A stretch of DNA of 49,202 nucleotides, taken from assembly GCA_044358425.1 (NCBI GenBank), contig CP054849.1, positions 306,826 through 356,027 on the forward strand, read 5' to 3'. Shown here piece by piece: positions 30,798 to 40,994 of this stretch; positions within the stretch are counted from its first letter, which is position 1, and each line of letters begins with the position of its first letter. Source of the stretch: Marine Group I thaumarchaeote. Its GTDB lineage: Archaea > Thermoproteota > Nitrososphaeria > Nitrososphaerales > Nitrosopumilaceae. The position numbers and the translations under genes are program-made. A model generated the notes under the pieces. That model worked only from the letters and a program-made list of their open reading frames with translations. It was not told the origin of the DNA and ran no database searches.

Positions 30798-30961
30798 TGG
30801 CCCCAATCCTCGCCAACTGTTTGAGCAGGCTTTAGATCAAAACCATCTGAACCTTTTGCTAATTCAAAACTTGCGCCACATTCGGGACATGTTACAATTT
30901 CTCCTTCAAGTGCATCACTTGGTATTGAGATATCTGCATCACATTCTTCGCATTTTGACAT
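30794..30961 (-). CDS. lysW: amino-group carrier protein LysW (C-terminus EDWGQ)
   Basis: Manual translation MSKCEECDADISIPSDALEGEIVTCPECGASFELAKGSDGFDLKPAQTVGEDWGQ*. Confidence 0.93.
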   Translation of the reverse strand: MSKCEECDADISIPSDALEGEIVTCPECGASFELAKGSDGFDLKPAQTVGEDWGQ

Positions 30962-30983
30962 AATTCTTATTCATTTCTCCTCT

Positions 30984-32150
30984 TTATTTATCTTCAATAA
31001 TCTTTTTTTCGAGTCTATCTTCAAGTGGGATTTCTATTAGATCTCCCATTCTAAGATTTTTTAGCCCTGATGCAACTGCTTTTGCACCTACGTCGTCTTT
31101 TTCTAATCCTAATAATGACATCAAATAAGCTGCACCTGTTTTTCCTGCTAATTCTCCAAATACAATTCGTCTCCTATTTCCTACAGCTCTTGGTGGGATT
31201 GGCTCATATGCTGCTGGATTGCGTAGAATTGCTGCAAGGTGTGTGCCTGCTTTGTGTTTGTATGCAGCTGCACCGACAATTGGTTTTGAATCATACGGTT
31301 TGATTTCTGTATAATCTTCAATTAGTTTTGATAAATCCAATAGCATATCTAATCTAAAATCATTTGGTGATTTGTACAAGTAAGTCAATGCGACTGCTAC
31401 TTCTGCAAGTGGTGGAATTCCTGTTCTTTCACCAATTCCATCAATAGTTGTATGAATTTGATCAACTCCCGCATCACAAGCTGAAAATGCATTTGCAACA
31501 GCAAATCCTATATCATTATGTACATGTGCATCTAATGGTACATCTACTACTTCTCTAACTTTTTTTACAAAGTTAAACATTCCAACTGGACGTAAAATTC
31601 CCACTGTGTCTGGTAGACTGATTCTATCTACTCCTGCTTCTTCAATTGCTTTACAAACTTTAAGTAAAAATTCTGGTTCTGCTCTGCTACCATCTTCTAC
31701 TGTAAATCTAATTTTTAATCCATGTGATTTTGCATATTCTACAGTCTCTACAGCTCTTTCTAATGCTTCTTCTCTTGATATTCGAAGTTTATCTTTAAGA
31801 TGTATGTCTGAAATTCCTAAATATGCTGCACACCATTTTGCATCACAATCTAATGAAATATCGATATCTTGTTTAAGTGCACGACCATGTGAAACTATGT
31901 CTGCTGTTAATCCTTGTTTGATAATTGTTTTAGTTGCTTCTTGATGATCTTTAGAGACTACTGGAGAAATTTCAATTTGATCAACTCCAAAATAATCTAA
32001 CATCCATGCAATCTGAATTCTTTGTTTATTTGTAAATGAAACACCTGGATGTTGTTCACCTTCTCTTAAAGTACTATCTAATACTCTAATTTTTTTTGGA
32101 TTTTTTTCATATGCATTGTAGATATTTGCATAGTGATTCGGATCTTTCAT
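30984..32150 (-). CDS. homocitrate synthase (LeuA/HCS family)
   Basis: DSTLREGEQ, HVHND, GIGERTG, HKAGTH; no LeuA regulatory domain; heads lysW-lysX-lysK. Confidence 0.85.
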   Translation of the reverse strand: MKDPNHYANIYNAYEKNPKKIRVLDSTLREGEQHPGVSFTNKQRIQIAWMLDYFGVDQIEISPVVSKDHQEATKTIIKQGLTADIVSHGRALKQDIDISLDCDAKWCAAYLGISDIHLKDKLRISREEALERAVETVEYAKSHGLKIRFTVEDGSRAEPEFLLKVCKAIEEAGVDRISLPDTVGILRPVGMFNFVKKVREVVDVPLDAHVHNDIGFAVANAFSACDAGVDQIHTTIDGIGERTGIPPLAEVAVALTYLYKSPNDFRLDMLLDLSKLIEDYTEIKPYDSKPIVGAAAYKHKAGTHLAAILRNPAAYEPIPPRAVGNRRRIVFGELAGKTGAAYLMSLLGLEKDDVGAKAVASGLKNLRMGDLIEIPLEDRLEKKIIEDK

Positions 32151-32266
32151 TACTAAATTCGTTGAACAAAATTGATGATATAAACATATTCGTACTATTT
32201 TCGTTGGAAATATTTTTAATTGATCCTAAATTAGTTTTGAATTAAATTTTTGAAACGAAACTCGTT

Positions 32267-32686
32267 TTACGCAACTTTTCTTAAAATTATTACAGTATTG
32301 GTATCTACTACTCCGGAAATTTTTCTTAAAGCATCAATACTGTTATTAATTTCTGCAATACTTGAACCACTCATTATTGTTGTAATATCGTATTGTCCTG
32401 TTATTTCATAAACTGTTTTTACTCCTTCTAGTTTAGCAAGTTTTGCTGAAACTTTTGATGTATCTGTAGCAGAATCAACTGATACTAAAACAATTGCACT
32501 TGTAACATTATCTTCTCCAATTTCAATTGTAAATTTACTAATTGTTTTACTGTCTACTAAATTTTTAACTCTTCGTCTAACTGCTGATTCTGAAAGTTTG
32601 AGTTTTTTTCCAATATCTACAAATGATTCTCTTGAATCTTCTTTAAGATACCCTATTATTTTTTCGTCTATTTTGTCCTTATACAT
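32267..32686 (-). CDS. lysM: Lrp/AsnC regulator LysM
   Basis: HTH LSESAVRRRV, YEITGQYD RAM domain; lys cluster context. Confidence 0.88.
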   Translation of the reverse strand: MYKDKIDEKIIGYLKEDSRESFVDIGKKLKLSESAVRRRVKNLVDSKTISKFTIEIGEDNVTSAIVLVSVDSATDTSKVSAKLAKLEGVKTVYEITGQYDITTIMSGSSIAEINNSIDALRKISGVVDTNTVIILRKVA

Positions 32687-33854
32687 TTCTCTTTTCTTCC
32701 TCTTTAGTTAATACAACATCTAAAGCATGTAAAACTTTTGTTACATCCTCTTCTTTAATTACTAAAGGTGGTAATATTCTGAGAATATTTCGTCCTGAAT
32801 ACAACATTAAAACACCTTCTTCAATTAATCCCATCAAAATATCTTTTACTTCGAATTTCATTTCAACTCCAATCATTAGTCCTTTTCCTCTTACTTCTCT
32901 AATCATTGTGTGTTTTTCTTTTAATTTTTCTAATCCTTCTCTAAAAATTTCTCCCATTTTTTTGGAATTCTCAATTAATCCATCTTCTGTTAATGATGTT
33001 AGTGCTGCAATTCCTGCTGCACAAGATATTGGATTACCTCCAAATGTTGATGAGTGTTCTCCTTTACTTATGGCAGCTAAAATGCCTGGTTTAACTAATG
33101 TGGCCCCCATTGGTACTCCTCCTGCAATTCCTTTTGCCAAACATAAGATATCTGGTACTGTATTCCAATGTTCACCTGCCCATAATCGTCCTGTTCTTCC
33201 TAATCCTGCTTGAATTTCGTCAAAAACTAATAAGATTCCTTTTTCATCACATAATTTTCTGACTTCTTGTAAAAATCCGTCTGGGGCAACTACAATACCA
33301 CTTTCACCTTGAATTGGTTCTAAAATAATTAAAGCTGTATCTTCATCAATTGCAGAACGTAGTGAATCCATATCTCCAAATGATGCAAAAGTAACTTTTT
33401 CAACTAATGGTGCAAATGCTTTTCTATATTTTGGATTAAATGTTAATGACAATGCTCCAAATGATTTTCCATGATATGATCCTTTCATAGCAACCATTCC
33501 TTTCTTTCCAGTAAACTTTCTTGCAAATTTCATTGCAGCTTCAACGGCTTCTGCACCACTGTTGTTTAGATGTACTTGTGTTAATCCTTCAGGAGCTATT
33601 TCGATAAGTTTTTTCAAAAATCCTTCCCGTGTTTTATTGTATAATGAACTATGTACTGTAATTATTTTATCAACTTGTTCTTTTATTGCCTTGTTAACTC
33701 TTTGATTTTGATGTCCAACTAGTGCAACACCATATCCTCCCATACAATCGATATACTCTTTTCCTTCTGTATCCCATACATGTGCATCCACACCTTTTTC
33801 AATTGTAACTGGAAACCTCTGATAGAGATTACCCATATGTTGATCTTCACTCAT
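32679..33854 (-). CDS. lysJ: [LysW]-aminoadipate semialdehyde/glutamate semialdehyde transaminase
   Basis: SGAEAVE, EPIQGESG, DEIQAG, LAKG. Confidence 0.9.
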   Translation of the reverse strand: MSEDQHMGNLYQRFPVTIEKGVDAHVWDTEGKEYIDCMGGYGVALVGHQNQRVNKAIKEQVDKIITVHSSLYNKTREGFLKKLIEIAPEGLTQVHLNNSGAEAVEAAMKFARKFTGKKGMVAMKGSYHGKSFGALSLTFNPKYRKAFAPLVEKVTFASFGDMDSLRSAIDEDTALIILEPIQGESGIVVAPDGFLQEVRKLCDEKGILLVFDEIQAGLGRTGRLWAGEHWNTVPDILCLAKGIAGGVPMGATLVKPGILAAISKGEHSSTFGGNPISCAAGIAALTSLTEDGLIENSKKMGEIFREGLEKLKEKHTMIREVRGKGLMIGVEMKFEVKDILMGLIEEGVLMLYSGRNILRILPPLVIKEEDVTKVLHALDVVLTKEEEKRNV

Positions 33855-34650
33855 GTTCAATCACCGTACAATTATCATGTGCAATAGCTGTAGAAATAGG
33901 ATTCTCTTTTTGACCATTTGCAATAAAAGCTTGTTTTACACCCATATCTAGTGCTTCAGTTGAAGCTAAAATCTTTTTTTCCATACCTGGACCTATTTTA
34001 GGTCTAATTTCTTTTGCTTCAGCTAATGTCAATTTTGGAACAACTTTATCTTCCATTAACAGTCCGTCTACGTTTGTTATGAATAATACTTTGTCACTTT
34101 TTACACTTCCAGCCACATATGCCGCAGCTCTGTCTCCATCTATGTTAAGAAATTCTGATTCCTCACTAATTGCAATTGGGGAGATAACGGGTGTTAATCC
34201 TTTTTCTAATAATGATTTAATAAATTCTGAATTTACATTCTTAATTTTTCCTGTATATCCTCCATCAATTGCTTGTTTTCTGCCTTTTTCGTTCATGATT
34301 AGGAGTTTCTTTTTCCTCTCGGCTTCAATGAGTCTTGCATCTACACCTGATAACCCGATGGCATTAATTCCATTTTTTTGAAGCATCTGGACAATTGTTT
34401 TATTAATTCTACCTGACATAACCATGGTAAAAATTTCTGCAGTTTCCTTGTCTGTATATCGACTTTTAATCCCACTCGGTGAAGTTACAAATTTTGGTTC
34501 TTTTCCCAATTGTTCACATACTTTTGTAACTTCTTTTCCTCCACCATGAACAATTATGATGCCTTCAGTTTCTGCAATTTTTTTAATGTCTGAAATTGTT
34601 GATTGATGTAAATCATCTACAACACTTCCACCAATTTTAATCGTAATCAT
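33847..34650 (-). CDS. lysZ: [LysW]-aminoadipate/glutamate kinase
   Basis: KIGGS, VHGGG, SRYTD, NIDGDRAA. Confidence 0.9.
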   Translation of the reverse strand: MITIKIGGSVVDDLHQSTISDIKKIAETEGIIIVHGGGKEVTKVCEQLGKEPKFVTSPSGIKSRYTDKETAEIFTMVMSGRINKTIVQMLQKNGINAIGLSGVDARLIEAERKKKLLIMNEKGRKQAIDGGYTGKIKNVNSEFIKSLLEKGLTPVISPIAISEESEFLNIDGDRAAAYVAGSVKSDKVLFITNVDGLLMEDKVVPKLTLAEAKEIRPKIGPGMEKKILASTEALDMGVKQAFIANGQKENPISTAIAHDNCTVIEHE

Positions 34651-34652
34651 TT

Positions 34653-35699
34653 CTAAACCGGAGTTAATGGAGTATATCTTAGTCCACTCATTTCATCAAA
34701 ACCACACATAACATTCATGTTTTGAATTGCAGAACCTGCTGCGCCTTTCATTAAATTATCTGATGCTGACAAAGCAATTAATCTATTATTATCTTCATCC
34801 AAATCAAATCCAATATCACAAAAGTTTGAACCTACTAAGAATTTTGGATCTGGGAATTTGTAAAGTCCTTTTTTATCTCTAATTAATCTGATAAATTTTT
34901 CATCACCATAAGCTTCACGATATATTTTCCATAATTCTTTTTGTTCCATATCTTTTTTCAAAAATGTATGATTTGTACATAAAATTCCTCTAACAACATC
35001 TACTGCATGTGGACTCATTGATACTTTGATTTTGCTTCCTGCAATTTCACTTAACTCTTGTTCAATTTCACCTGTGTGTCTGTGTTTTGCTGGTTTGTAT
35101 GGTCTGATTACTCCTGCACGCATTGCATGTGCTGTTCCTGAACCTGAACCTGCACCAGATGATCCAATTTTTGAATCTACAATTATGTGATTTGTATCAA
35201 TAAGGTCATTTTTAATTAATGGTGCAAGTGCTAGTGTTGATGTTACTGCCATACATCCTGGACAAGAAACAAGTTGTGCTTTTTTAATTTCTTCTCTATG
35301 TAATTCTGGAACGCCAAAAACTGACTTTTCTAAATAATCTGGATGTGGGTGTGTCCAACCATACCACTTATCATATGCTTCTTGATTATGTAATCTATAA
35401 TCTGCACTTAAGTCGATAATCTTGATTCCTCTATCGTATAATGCTTTTACAATTTCTGTTGCAGTTCCATGGGGTACTGCTGTGAATACTAAATCACAAT
35501 TATCAGTTAATTTATCGTAATCTAATTCTGAAAAGGTTAGATCTGTGAATCCTTTCAAACTAGGTTGAACTCTGTGTAGATATTCACCAACATGTTGTCT
35601 TGAAGTTACTGTAGTGATCTCAACCTCAGGGTGGTTGACAAGCAGACGAAGTGTTTCTCCTCCTACATATCCTGATGCGCCTACAACTCCTACTTTCAT
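34653..35699 (-). CDS. lysY: [LysW]-aminoadipyl/glutamyl-phosphate reductase
   Basis: GASGYVG, DLSADYR, PGC, DNLMKGAAG. Confidence 0.9.
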   Translation of the reverse strand: MKVGVVGASGYVGGETLRLLVNHPEVEITTVTSRQHVGEYLHRVQPSLKGFTDLTFSELDYDKLTDNCDLVFTAVPHGTATEIVKALYDRGIKIIDLSADYRLHNQEAYDKWYGWTHPHPDYLEKSVFGVPELHREEIKKAQLVSCPGCMAVTSTLALAPLIKNDLIDTNHIIVDSKIGSSGAGSGSGTAHAMRAGVIRPYKPAKHRHTGEIEQELSEIAGSKIKVSMSPHAVDVVRGILCTNHTFLKKDMEQKELWKIYREAYGDEKFIRLIRDKKGLYKFPDPKFLVGSNFCDIGFDLDEDNNRLIALSASDNLMKGAAGSAIQNMNVMCGFDEMSGLRYTPLTPV

Positions 35700-35862
35700 G
35701 ATAAATCTCATCAAAAGTAGTATAATTTATCTTGTTATATTGAACCTTGATTGTTGAATTTTTTTATTTAAACAGAGGCTATATCTGGAAAAAATTTAAT
35801 CTTATTTCACAAAATTTCTATTTTTAAAATAAATTTATAGGAAGTCTGACAAATATGCTCTT

Positions 35863-36807
35863 ATGGTTGAGATTGGTCGTCCTGTGAAAGATATTGAAAT
35901 TGATTCAAATACTTCAATTGAAAAAATCTTTGAAGAATTATCTCAATCTGGTGGTTTTGAATCTGTGAATCTTTCAGATGGATTGGATATTTTAAGTAAA
36001 ATGATTTCTGATGAAAAATGTTTGAAATTTGTTTCATTTGTAGGTGCAGTTGTTTCAACCGGACTAAGAGGAATAATAAAAGATATGATCAAAAACAAAT
36101 GGTTTGATGTAGCAATTACAACATGTGGTGCATTAGATCATGATATTGCAAAACATTTCTCAAAATATCATGAAGGTTCATTCACAATGGATGATAATGA
36201 ATTGGCTGATCAAAATATTCATCGATTAGGTAATGTCTTAGTACCCATGGATAACTATGGCCCACTTATTGAAGAAAAAATGCAATCATTTCTTGAAGAA
36301 GAATACAACAATGGTGTAAAAGAAATGTCAACTGCAGAAATTTGTAAAATGATTGGAAAACATATGGGTGAGGATTCTTTTCTTTACTGGGCATACAAAA
36401 ATGACATTAGTGTAGTAGTACCTGGAATTATGGATGGTGCAGTTGGAAGTCAAATCTGGATGTTTACACAAAATCACAGTGATTTTAAATTAAATTTAGT
36501 TGGAGATGCAAATTTACTTTCAGGTTATATTTTCAAAGCAGAAAAATCTGGAGCATTTATGATTGGTGGTGGAATTTCAAAACATCATACTTTGTGGTGG
36601 AATCAATATCGAGAAGGATTAGATTATGCATTCTATATTACAACCGCACAAGAATTTGATGGCAGTTTAAGTGGAGCATTAGTTAGAGAGGCAATTTCAT
36701 GGGGAAAGGTTACAAAAATTGCACGACAAGCTACATTGCATGCAGAAGTAACAACAATTTTGCCCTTCATTTATTCTGCATTATTATCAAAATTAAAAAA
36801 GAATTAA
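35863..36807 (+). CDS. dys: deoxyhypusine synthase
   Basis: GGGISKH, DGSLSGA..EAISWGK. Confidence 0.95.
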   Translation: MVEIGRPVKDIEIDSNTSIEKIFEELSQSGGFESVNLSDGLDILSKMISDEKCLKFVSFVGAVVSTGLRGIIKDMIKNKWFDVAITTCGALDHDIAKHFSKYHEGSFTMDDNELADQNIHRLGNVLVPMDNYGPLIEEKMQSFLEEEYNNGVKEMSTAEICKMIGKHMGEDSFLYWAYKNDISVVVPGIMDGAVGSQIWMFTQNHSDFKLNLVGDANLLSGYIFKAEKSGAFMIGGGISKHHTLWWNQYREGLDYAFYITTAQEFDGSLSGALVREAISWGKVTKIARQATLHAEVTTILPFIYSALLSKLKKN

Positions 36808-36903
36808 TGATTTTTTATATTTTTTATTTTTGAATTTTTTAAGATTAATGATATTTTTTAATGCAACTTTTTATTCTTACATTTGGAAATAATTGTGACT
36901 ATT

Positions 36904-37254
36904 ATGTTTCCTAAAACTATCTTAACTTCTATTTTTCTATTTGTAATTGCTGGATTGTTGGAAATTGGTGGTGGTTACCTTGTTTGGTTGTGGTTAAGAC
37001 ATGACTTTAGTTGGATGTTGGGTGCATTAGGTGGATTTGTCTTATTTCTTTACGGTGTAGTTCCGACATTTCAAAAAACTCATTTTCATAGGATCTATGC
37101 TGCATACGGTGGTGTGTTTATTGTAATGTCTGTTTTTTGGGGATGGTTAATTGATGGAATAATCCCTGACCAATATGAAATAATTGGAACAATAATTGCG
37201 GTAATTGGAATTTTAATAATTTTCTATATTCCTAGAAAAGGAGAAAAAATTTGA
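36904..37254 (+). CDS. YnfA (UPF0060) family small membrane protein
   Basis: EIGGGYLVWLW, RIYAAYGGVFI. Confidence 0.9.
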   Translation: MFPKTILTSIFLFVIAGLLEIGGGYLVWLWLRHDFSWMLGALGGFVLFLYGVVPTFQKTHFHRIYAAYGGVFIVMSVFWGWLIDGIIPDQYEIIGTIIAVIGILIIFYIPRKGEKI

Positions 37255-37580
37255 TTGACACAGTAAGTTCTTTGGGACTTTTCTTTTTTGCAGCTTTATT
37301 GGAAATAACTGGTGGATATTTGATTTGGAGATGGTTAAAAAATCATCAGGGAAAAATTCTTGGATTAGTTGGGGGATTAATTTTATTTTCATATGGTATA
37401 ATCATGACTTTTCAGCCTGAAAATTTTGGAAAAGTATATGCTGCATACGGTGGATTTTTTGTGATATCCTCTTTATTTTGGGGTTATTGGATAGATAAGA
37501 AAAAACCTGATAAATTTGAAATCATTGGTTCTATTGTAGTTTTGATTGGCATTGCAGTAATGTTTTATTTTCCTAGATGA
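37251..37580 (+). CDS. YnfA (UPF0060) family small membrane protein, second paralog
   Basis: EITGGYLIW, FGKVYAAYGG, PDKFE. Confidence 0.9.
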   Translation: MIDTVSSLGLFFFAALLEITGGYLIWRWLKNHQGKILGLVGGLILFSYGIIMTFQPENFGKVYAAYGGFFVISSLFWGYWIDKKKPDKFEIIGSIVVLIGIAVMFYFPR

Positions 37581-37614
37581 TTTTATTTTTTAAAATATTT
37601 TATGTATGACTAAA

Positions 37615-38472
37615 TTATTTTCTGGCATAATCTAAAGCAAATTCAATCATTTCTCTTGGTATATTTCTTTTAGCAACTTTTGCTAATCCTTTGAATTCTA
37701 CTGTATTGTTAACTTCGTGAACTACTATTCCTTTTTCTTCATCCTCCATCATATCTATTCCTAAAATTCCTCCTCCCATAGCTTTTGATGCTTTAATTGC
37801 CATCTCTTCCATTTCTTTTGTAATCTCACAAATTTCAGGGTCTGCACCTAAAGCAATATTTGTTTTAAATCCTCCTGATGATTTTCTATACATTCCTGCA
37901 ATTGGTTGATCACCTACTGTAATTATTCTGATATCTCTTGGAGGTCTTTTTACAACTTCTTGTAAATAATAAATTCTATCATGTGGACTATCAGTGATTT
38001 CTCTTACTTCTACAATTCCGTCCATTGTATCTTTATCTTTAATTGGCATTACCCCTCTTCCCCAACTACCAATTACTGGTTTGATAACTAATGGATATCC
38101 TACACTTTCTAAATTCTCAGATGCACTTTCACTTGAAAATGAAAAATATGTTTTAGGTGTTGGGATATTATTTTTTTTCAATAATAGTGTCATGAACATT
38201 TTGTTTCCACAAATACTTGCAACATCAAATTTGTTTAATACTGGAATGTCTAAAAATTCTAAAGCTGATGTAAAATGAAGACCTCGGAAATAACTAACAC
38301 ATCTCTCTAAAACTACGTCGCCTAAATCTAAATCCTCTTTTTTAGTATCTGTATTGATTTGTGTAATTTTGGCATCCAACATTTCTGTGGAATGTCCTAA
38401 TTCGGCGGCTTCCTTTTGGAGCATTTTTTCTTCCGTTCTTAAACGGTCAAAAACAATGCTGATTTTTGACAT
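37615..38472 (-). CDS. argX: glutamate--LysW ligase (ArgX-like LysX paralog)
   Basis: ATP-grasp, KPVIGSWGR, FKTNIALG, EVNNTVEF; in operon with argG. Confidence 0.8.
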   Translation of the reverse strand: MSKISIVFDRLRTEEKMLQKEAAELGHSTEMLDAKITQINTDTKKEDLDLGDVVLERCVSYFRGLHFTSALEFLDIPVLNKFDVASICGNKMFMTLLLKKNNIPTPKTYFSFSSESASENLESVGYPLVIKPVIGSWGRGVMPIKDKDTMDGIVEVREITDSPHDRIYYLQEVVKRPPRDIRIITVGDQPIAGMYRKSSGGFKTNIALGADPEICEITKEMEEMAIKASKAMGGGILGIDMMEDEEKGIVVHEVNNTVEFKGLAKVAKRNIPREMIEFALDYARK

Positions 38473-38639
38473 TACTCTCCCCAGTCTTCGCCTACGCTTT
38501 CTGCTTCTTTGAGCTCAATGTTTGATCCTTCTTTTTTAGAAATCTCATAATCAGCTCCACAATCAGCACAAGAGACTATTTCTCCTACTGCGGCATCTTC
38601 TGGGATATTGAGTTTTGCGTCACATTCTGGACAGTTCAT
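38472..38639 (-). CDS. lysW: amino-group carrier protein LysW/ArgW (C-terminus EDWGE)
   Basis: MNCPECDAKLNIPEDAAVGEIVSCADCGADYEISKKEGSNIELKEAESVGEDWGE*. Confidence 0.93.
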   Translation of the reverse strand: MNCPECDAKLNIPEDAAVGEIVSCADCGADYEISKKEGSNIELKEAESVGEDWGE

Positions 38640-39835
38640 GTTTTTGATTTCCTTTTCTTTTGTAATTTATTAGCTTCCGTTGATTGAATTCCCCATAATT
38701 CAACGAATCCTTTGGCTAATCTTTGGTCAAATGTGGATTCTACCCCGTAAGTAGCAATATCGTGACTGTACAATGAATTTTTTGATTTTCTTCCCACTAC
38801 TCTTAAACTTCCTTTATATAATTTCAATTTGACAGTACCTGAAACTGGTTTTTGTGATTTTTCAATAAAACCATCTAGATCTGTTTTAAGTGGATCTTGC
38901 CAAAGTCCTGAATACACTAAATGAGACCATTCATCGTCAATAATTGATTTAAATTTATTTTCATGTTTTGTATGTACCATTTTTTCTAAATCTGCGTGTG
39001 CTTCAATTAGACAAGTGGCTGCTGGTGTTTCATAGACTTCACGTGATTTAATTCCTACAACTCTATCTTCAATATGATCTATTATTCCAACACCTGCTGC
39101 ACCAGCTTTTTTGTTTATGTATTCAATTATTTTTTGAGAACCTTTTACTTTCCCATCAACTTCTATTGGTACTCCTTTATCGAATTTAATTTCTAAGTAA
39201 GTTGGTTTGTCTGGCAAGTCTTTTGTTTTAACCCAAATGAAAGCATCGTCTGGTGGTTCGTTATATGGATCTTCTAAAACTCCTCCTTCAATTGCACGTC
39301 CCCATAAATTCTGATCAATACTAAATTTTTTAGCAACTGAATCAATTTCAATTCCATGTTTATTTGCAAATTTTAATTCTGTATCTCTATCTAAATTTTT
39401 ATCACGAATTGGTGCAATAATTGGAAGATCCGAACCTGAACGTAATGTAATGTCAAAACGTACTTGATCATTTCCTTTACCTGAACAACCGTGTGCTAAT
39501 GAAGTAACTTTTTCTTTTTTTGCAATATCTAAAACTTTTTCTGCAATTAATGGTCTTGCAAGAGCTGTTGCTAAACAATATTTTTTTTGATAAAGTGCAT
39601 TTGCTTTAATTGCTGGGAATATGTAATCATCAACAAATTCTTTTCTTGCGTCAATATTGTAGTGTTTTTTAACTCCTAATTTTTTTGCTTTTGTTGCAAT
39701 TTTTTTTGCATCATCGCCTTGACCTACATCCACAGTAACTGTGATTACATCCATGTCGTGTTCTTCTTGCAAGTATTTCACAACAACTGATGTATCCAAT
39801 CCTCCTGAGAATGCTAAAATTCCTTTTTGAGTCAT
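38636..39835 (-). CDS. argG: argininosuccinate synthase
   Basis: AFSGGLDTS, GKGNDQVRF, GIKSREVYE. Confidence 0.97.
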   Translation of the reverse strand: MTQKGILAFSGGLDTSVVVKYLQEEHDMDVITVTVDVGQGDDAKKIATKAKKLGVKKHYNIDARKEFVDDYIFPAIKANALYQKKYCLATALARPLIAEKVLDIAKKEKVTSLAHGCSGKGNDQVRFDITLRSGSDLPIIAPIRDKNLDRDTELKFANKHGIEIDSVAKKFSIDQNLWGRAIEGGVLEDPYNEPPDDAFIWVKTKDLPDKPTYLEIKFDKGVPIEVDGKVKGSQKIIEYINKKAGAAGVGIIDHIEDRVVGIKSREVYETPAATCLIEAHADLEKMVHTKHENKFKSIIDDEWSHLVYSGLWQDPLKTDLDGFIEKSQKPVSGTVKLKLYKGSLRVVGRKSKNSLYSHDIATYGVESTFDQRLAKGFVELWGIQSTEANKLQKKRKSKT

Positions 39836-39968
39836 AAAACAATATTTCCGTAGCATTTTGGAATTTATCTTTTGTGTTGTGCTCATTTTTTTGTTTTTTT
39901 ACAAAAAATTACGACTAGCTTGAGCTAAAATTCGATGATTATTTAACCGCCGAATATAACGCTGTTTT

Positions 39969-40994
39969 ATGTCCGTTAAAATGATACTGTCAGTAGGCAT
40001 TGCAGTAATTATACTAGGTTCTATTGCAGCAATCATATTAAATTCAAATGAAAAATTAAATGAAAATAATCTAAGAATTGCATATTTTCCAAATGTTGGA
40101 CATGTTATTCCCATAGTAGGAATTGAAAAAGGATTTTTCTTAGAAAAAATTGATTCTGATACTGAAATTGAAAGTAGAATTTTTGATAGTGGACCACAAG
40201 TAATTGAATCACTTTTTGCAAATTCTGTAGATATCGCATATGTTGGACCTGGACCTGCAATTAATGGATTCTTAAATTCTGAAAATAAAAATATTAAAAT
40301 TTTATCTGGTGCTGCTAGTGGTGGTGCAAGTTTCATTGTACACCCTAATTCTGAAATAAATTCTGCATCTGACTTTGTTGGTAAAAAAATTGCTGCACCA
40401 CAAATTGGAAATACTCAGGATGTTTCTTTGCGACATTATTTATCTGAAAATAATTTGAAACCCGCTGAAAAAGGTGGTTCTGTAGTAGTTTATAATATTT
40501 CAAATCCTGACATTTACACATTATTTGTTAAAGGTGAAATTGATGGTGCATGGGTTGCAGAACCTTGGGCAACAATTTTAGAAACTGAATTGGGTGGAAA
40601 TAGATTATTTTTTGAAGAAGATTTATGGCCTAACAAACAATTTGCATCAGTTTTACTAATTGTAAATTCCAATTATGCAGAAAAAAACCCAGAAATAATA
40701 TCTAATTTTCTATTATCACATCAACAAACAGTAAATTGGATTAATAACAATCCTATTGAAACTAGAAATATTTTTAACAGTTTTTTAAAATCTCATTTGG
40801 GTCAATCTTTATCTGACAATGTTGTTGACATTTCATTATCTAATCTTGAAATTACATCCGACCCTGTAAGTAATTCTGTTTATTCTTTTGCTGAAAAAGC
40901 TGATGCTTTAGGATATTTGGGAAGAAATGGATATGATTTATCTGAAATTTTTTACACTATTGATTCAAATTCTCACTCTGGAGAGGATACGTAG
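39969..40994 (+). CDS. ABC transporter substrate-binding protein (SsuA/TauA/NitT family)
   Basis: IAYFPN, AYVGPGP, GNTQDV, EPW. Confidence 0.88.
   Translation: MSVKMILSVGIAVIILGSIAAIILNSNEKLNENNLRIAYFPNVGHVIPIVGIEKGFFLEKIDSDTEIESRIFDSGPQVIESLFANSVDIAYVGPGPAINGFLNSENKNIKILSGAASGGASFIVHPNSEINSASDFVGKKIAAPQIGNTQDVSLRHYLSENNLKPAEKGGSVVVYNISNPDIYTLFVKGEIDGAWVAEPWATILETELGGNRLFFEEDLWPNKQFASVLLIVNSNYAEKNPEIISNFLLSHQQTVNWINNNPIETRNIFNSFLKSHLGQSLSDNVVDISLSNLEITSDPVSNSVYSFAEKADALGYLGRNGYDLSEIFYTIDSNSHSGEDT

Noticed and set aside
32151-32266. LysM operator (repeated TTCGT) upstream of homocitrate synthase
   Set aside because: No clear palindrome could be defined by eye
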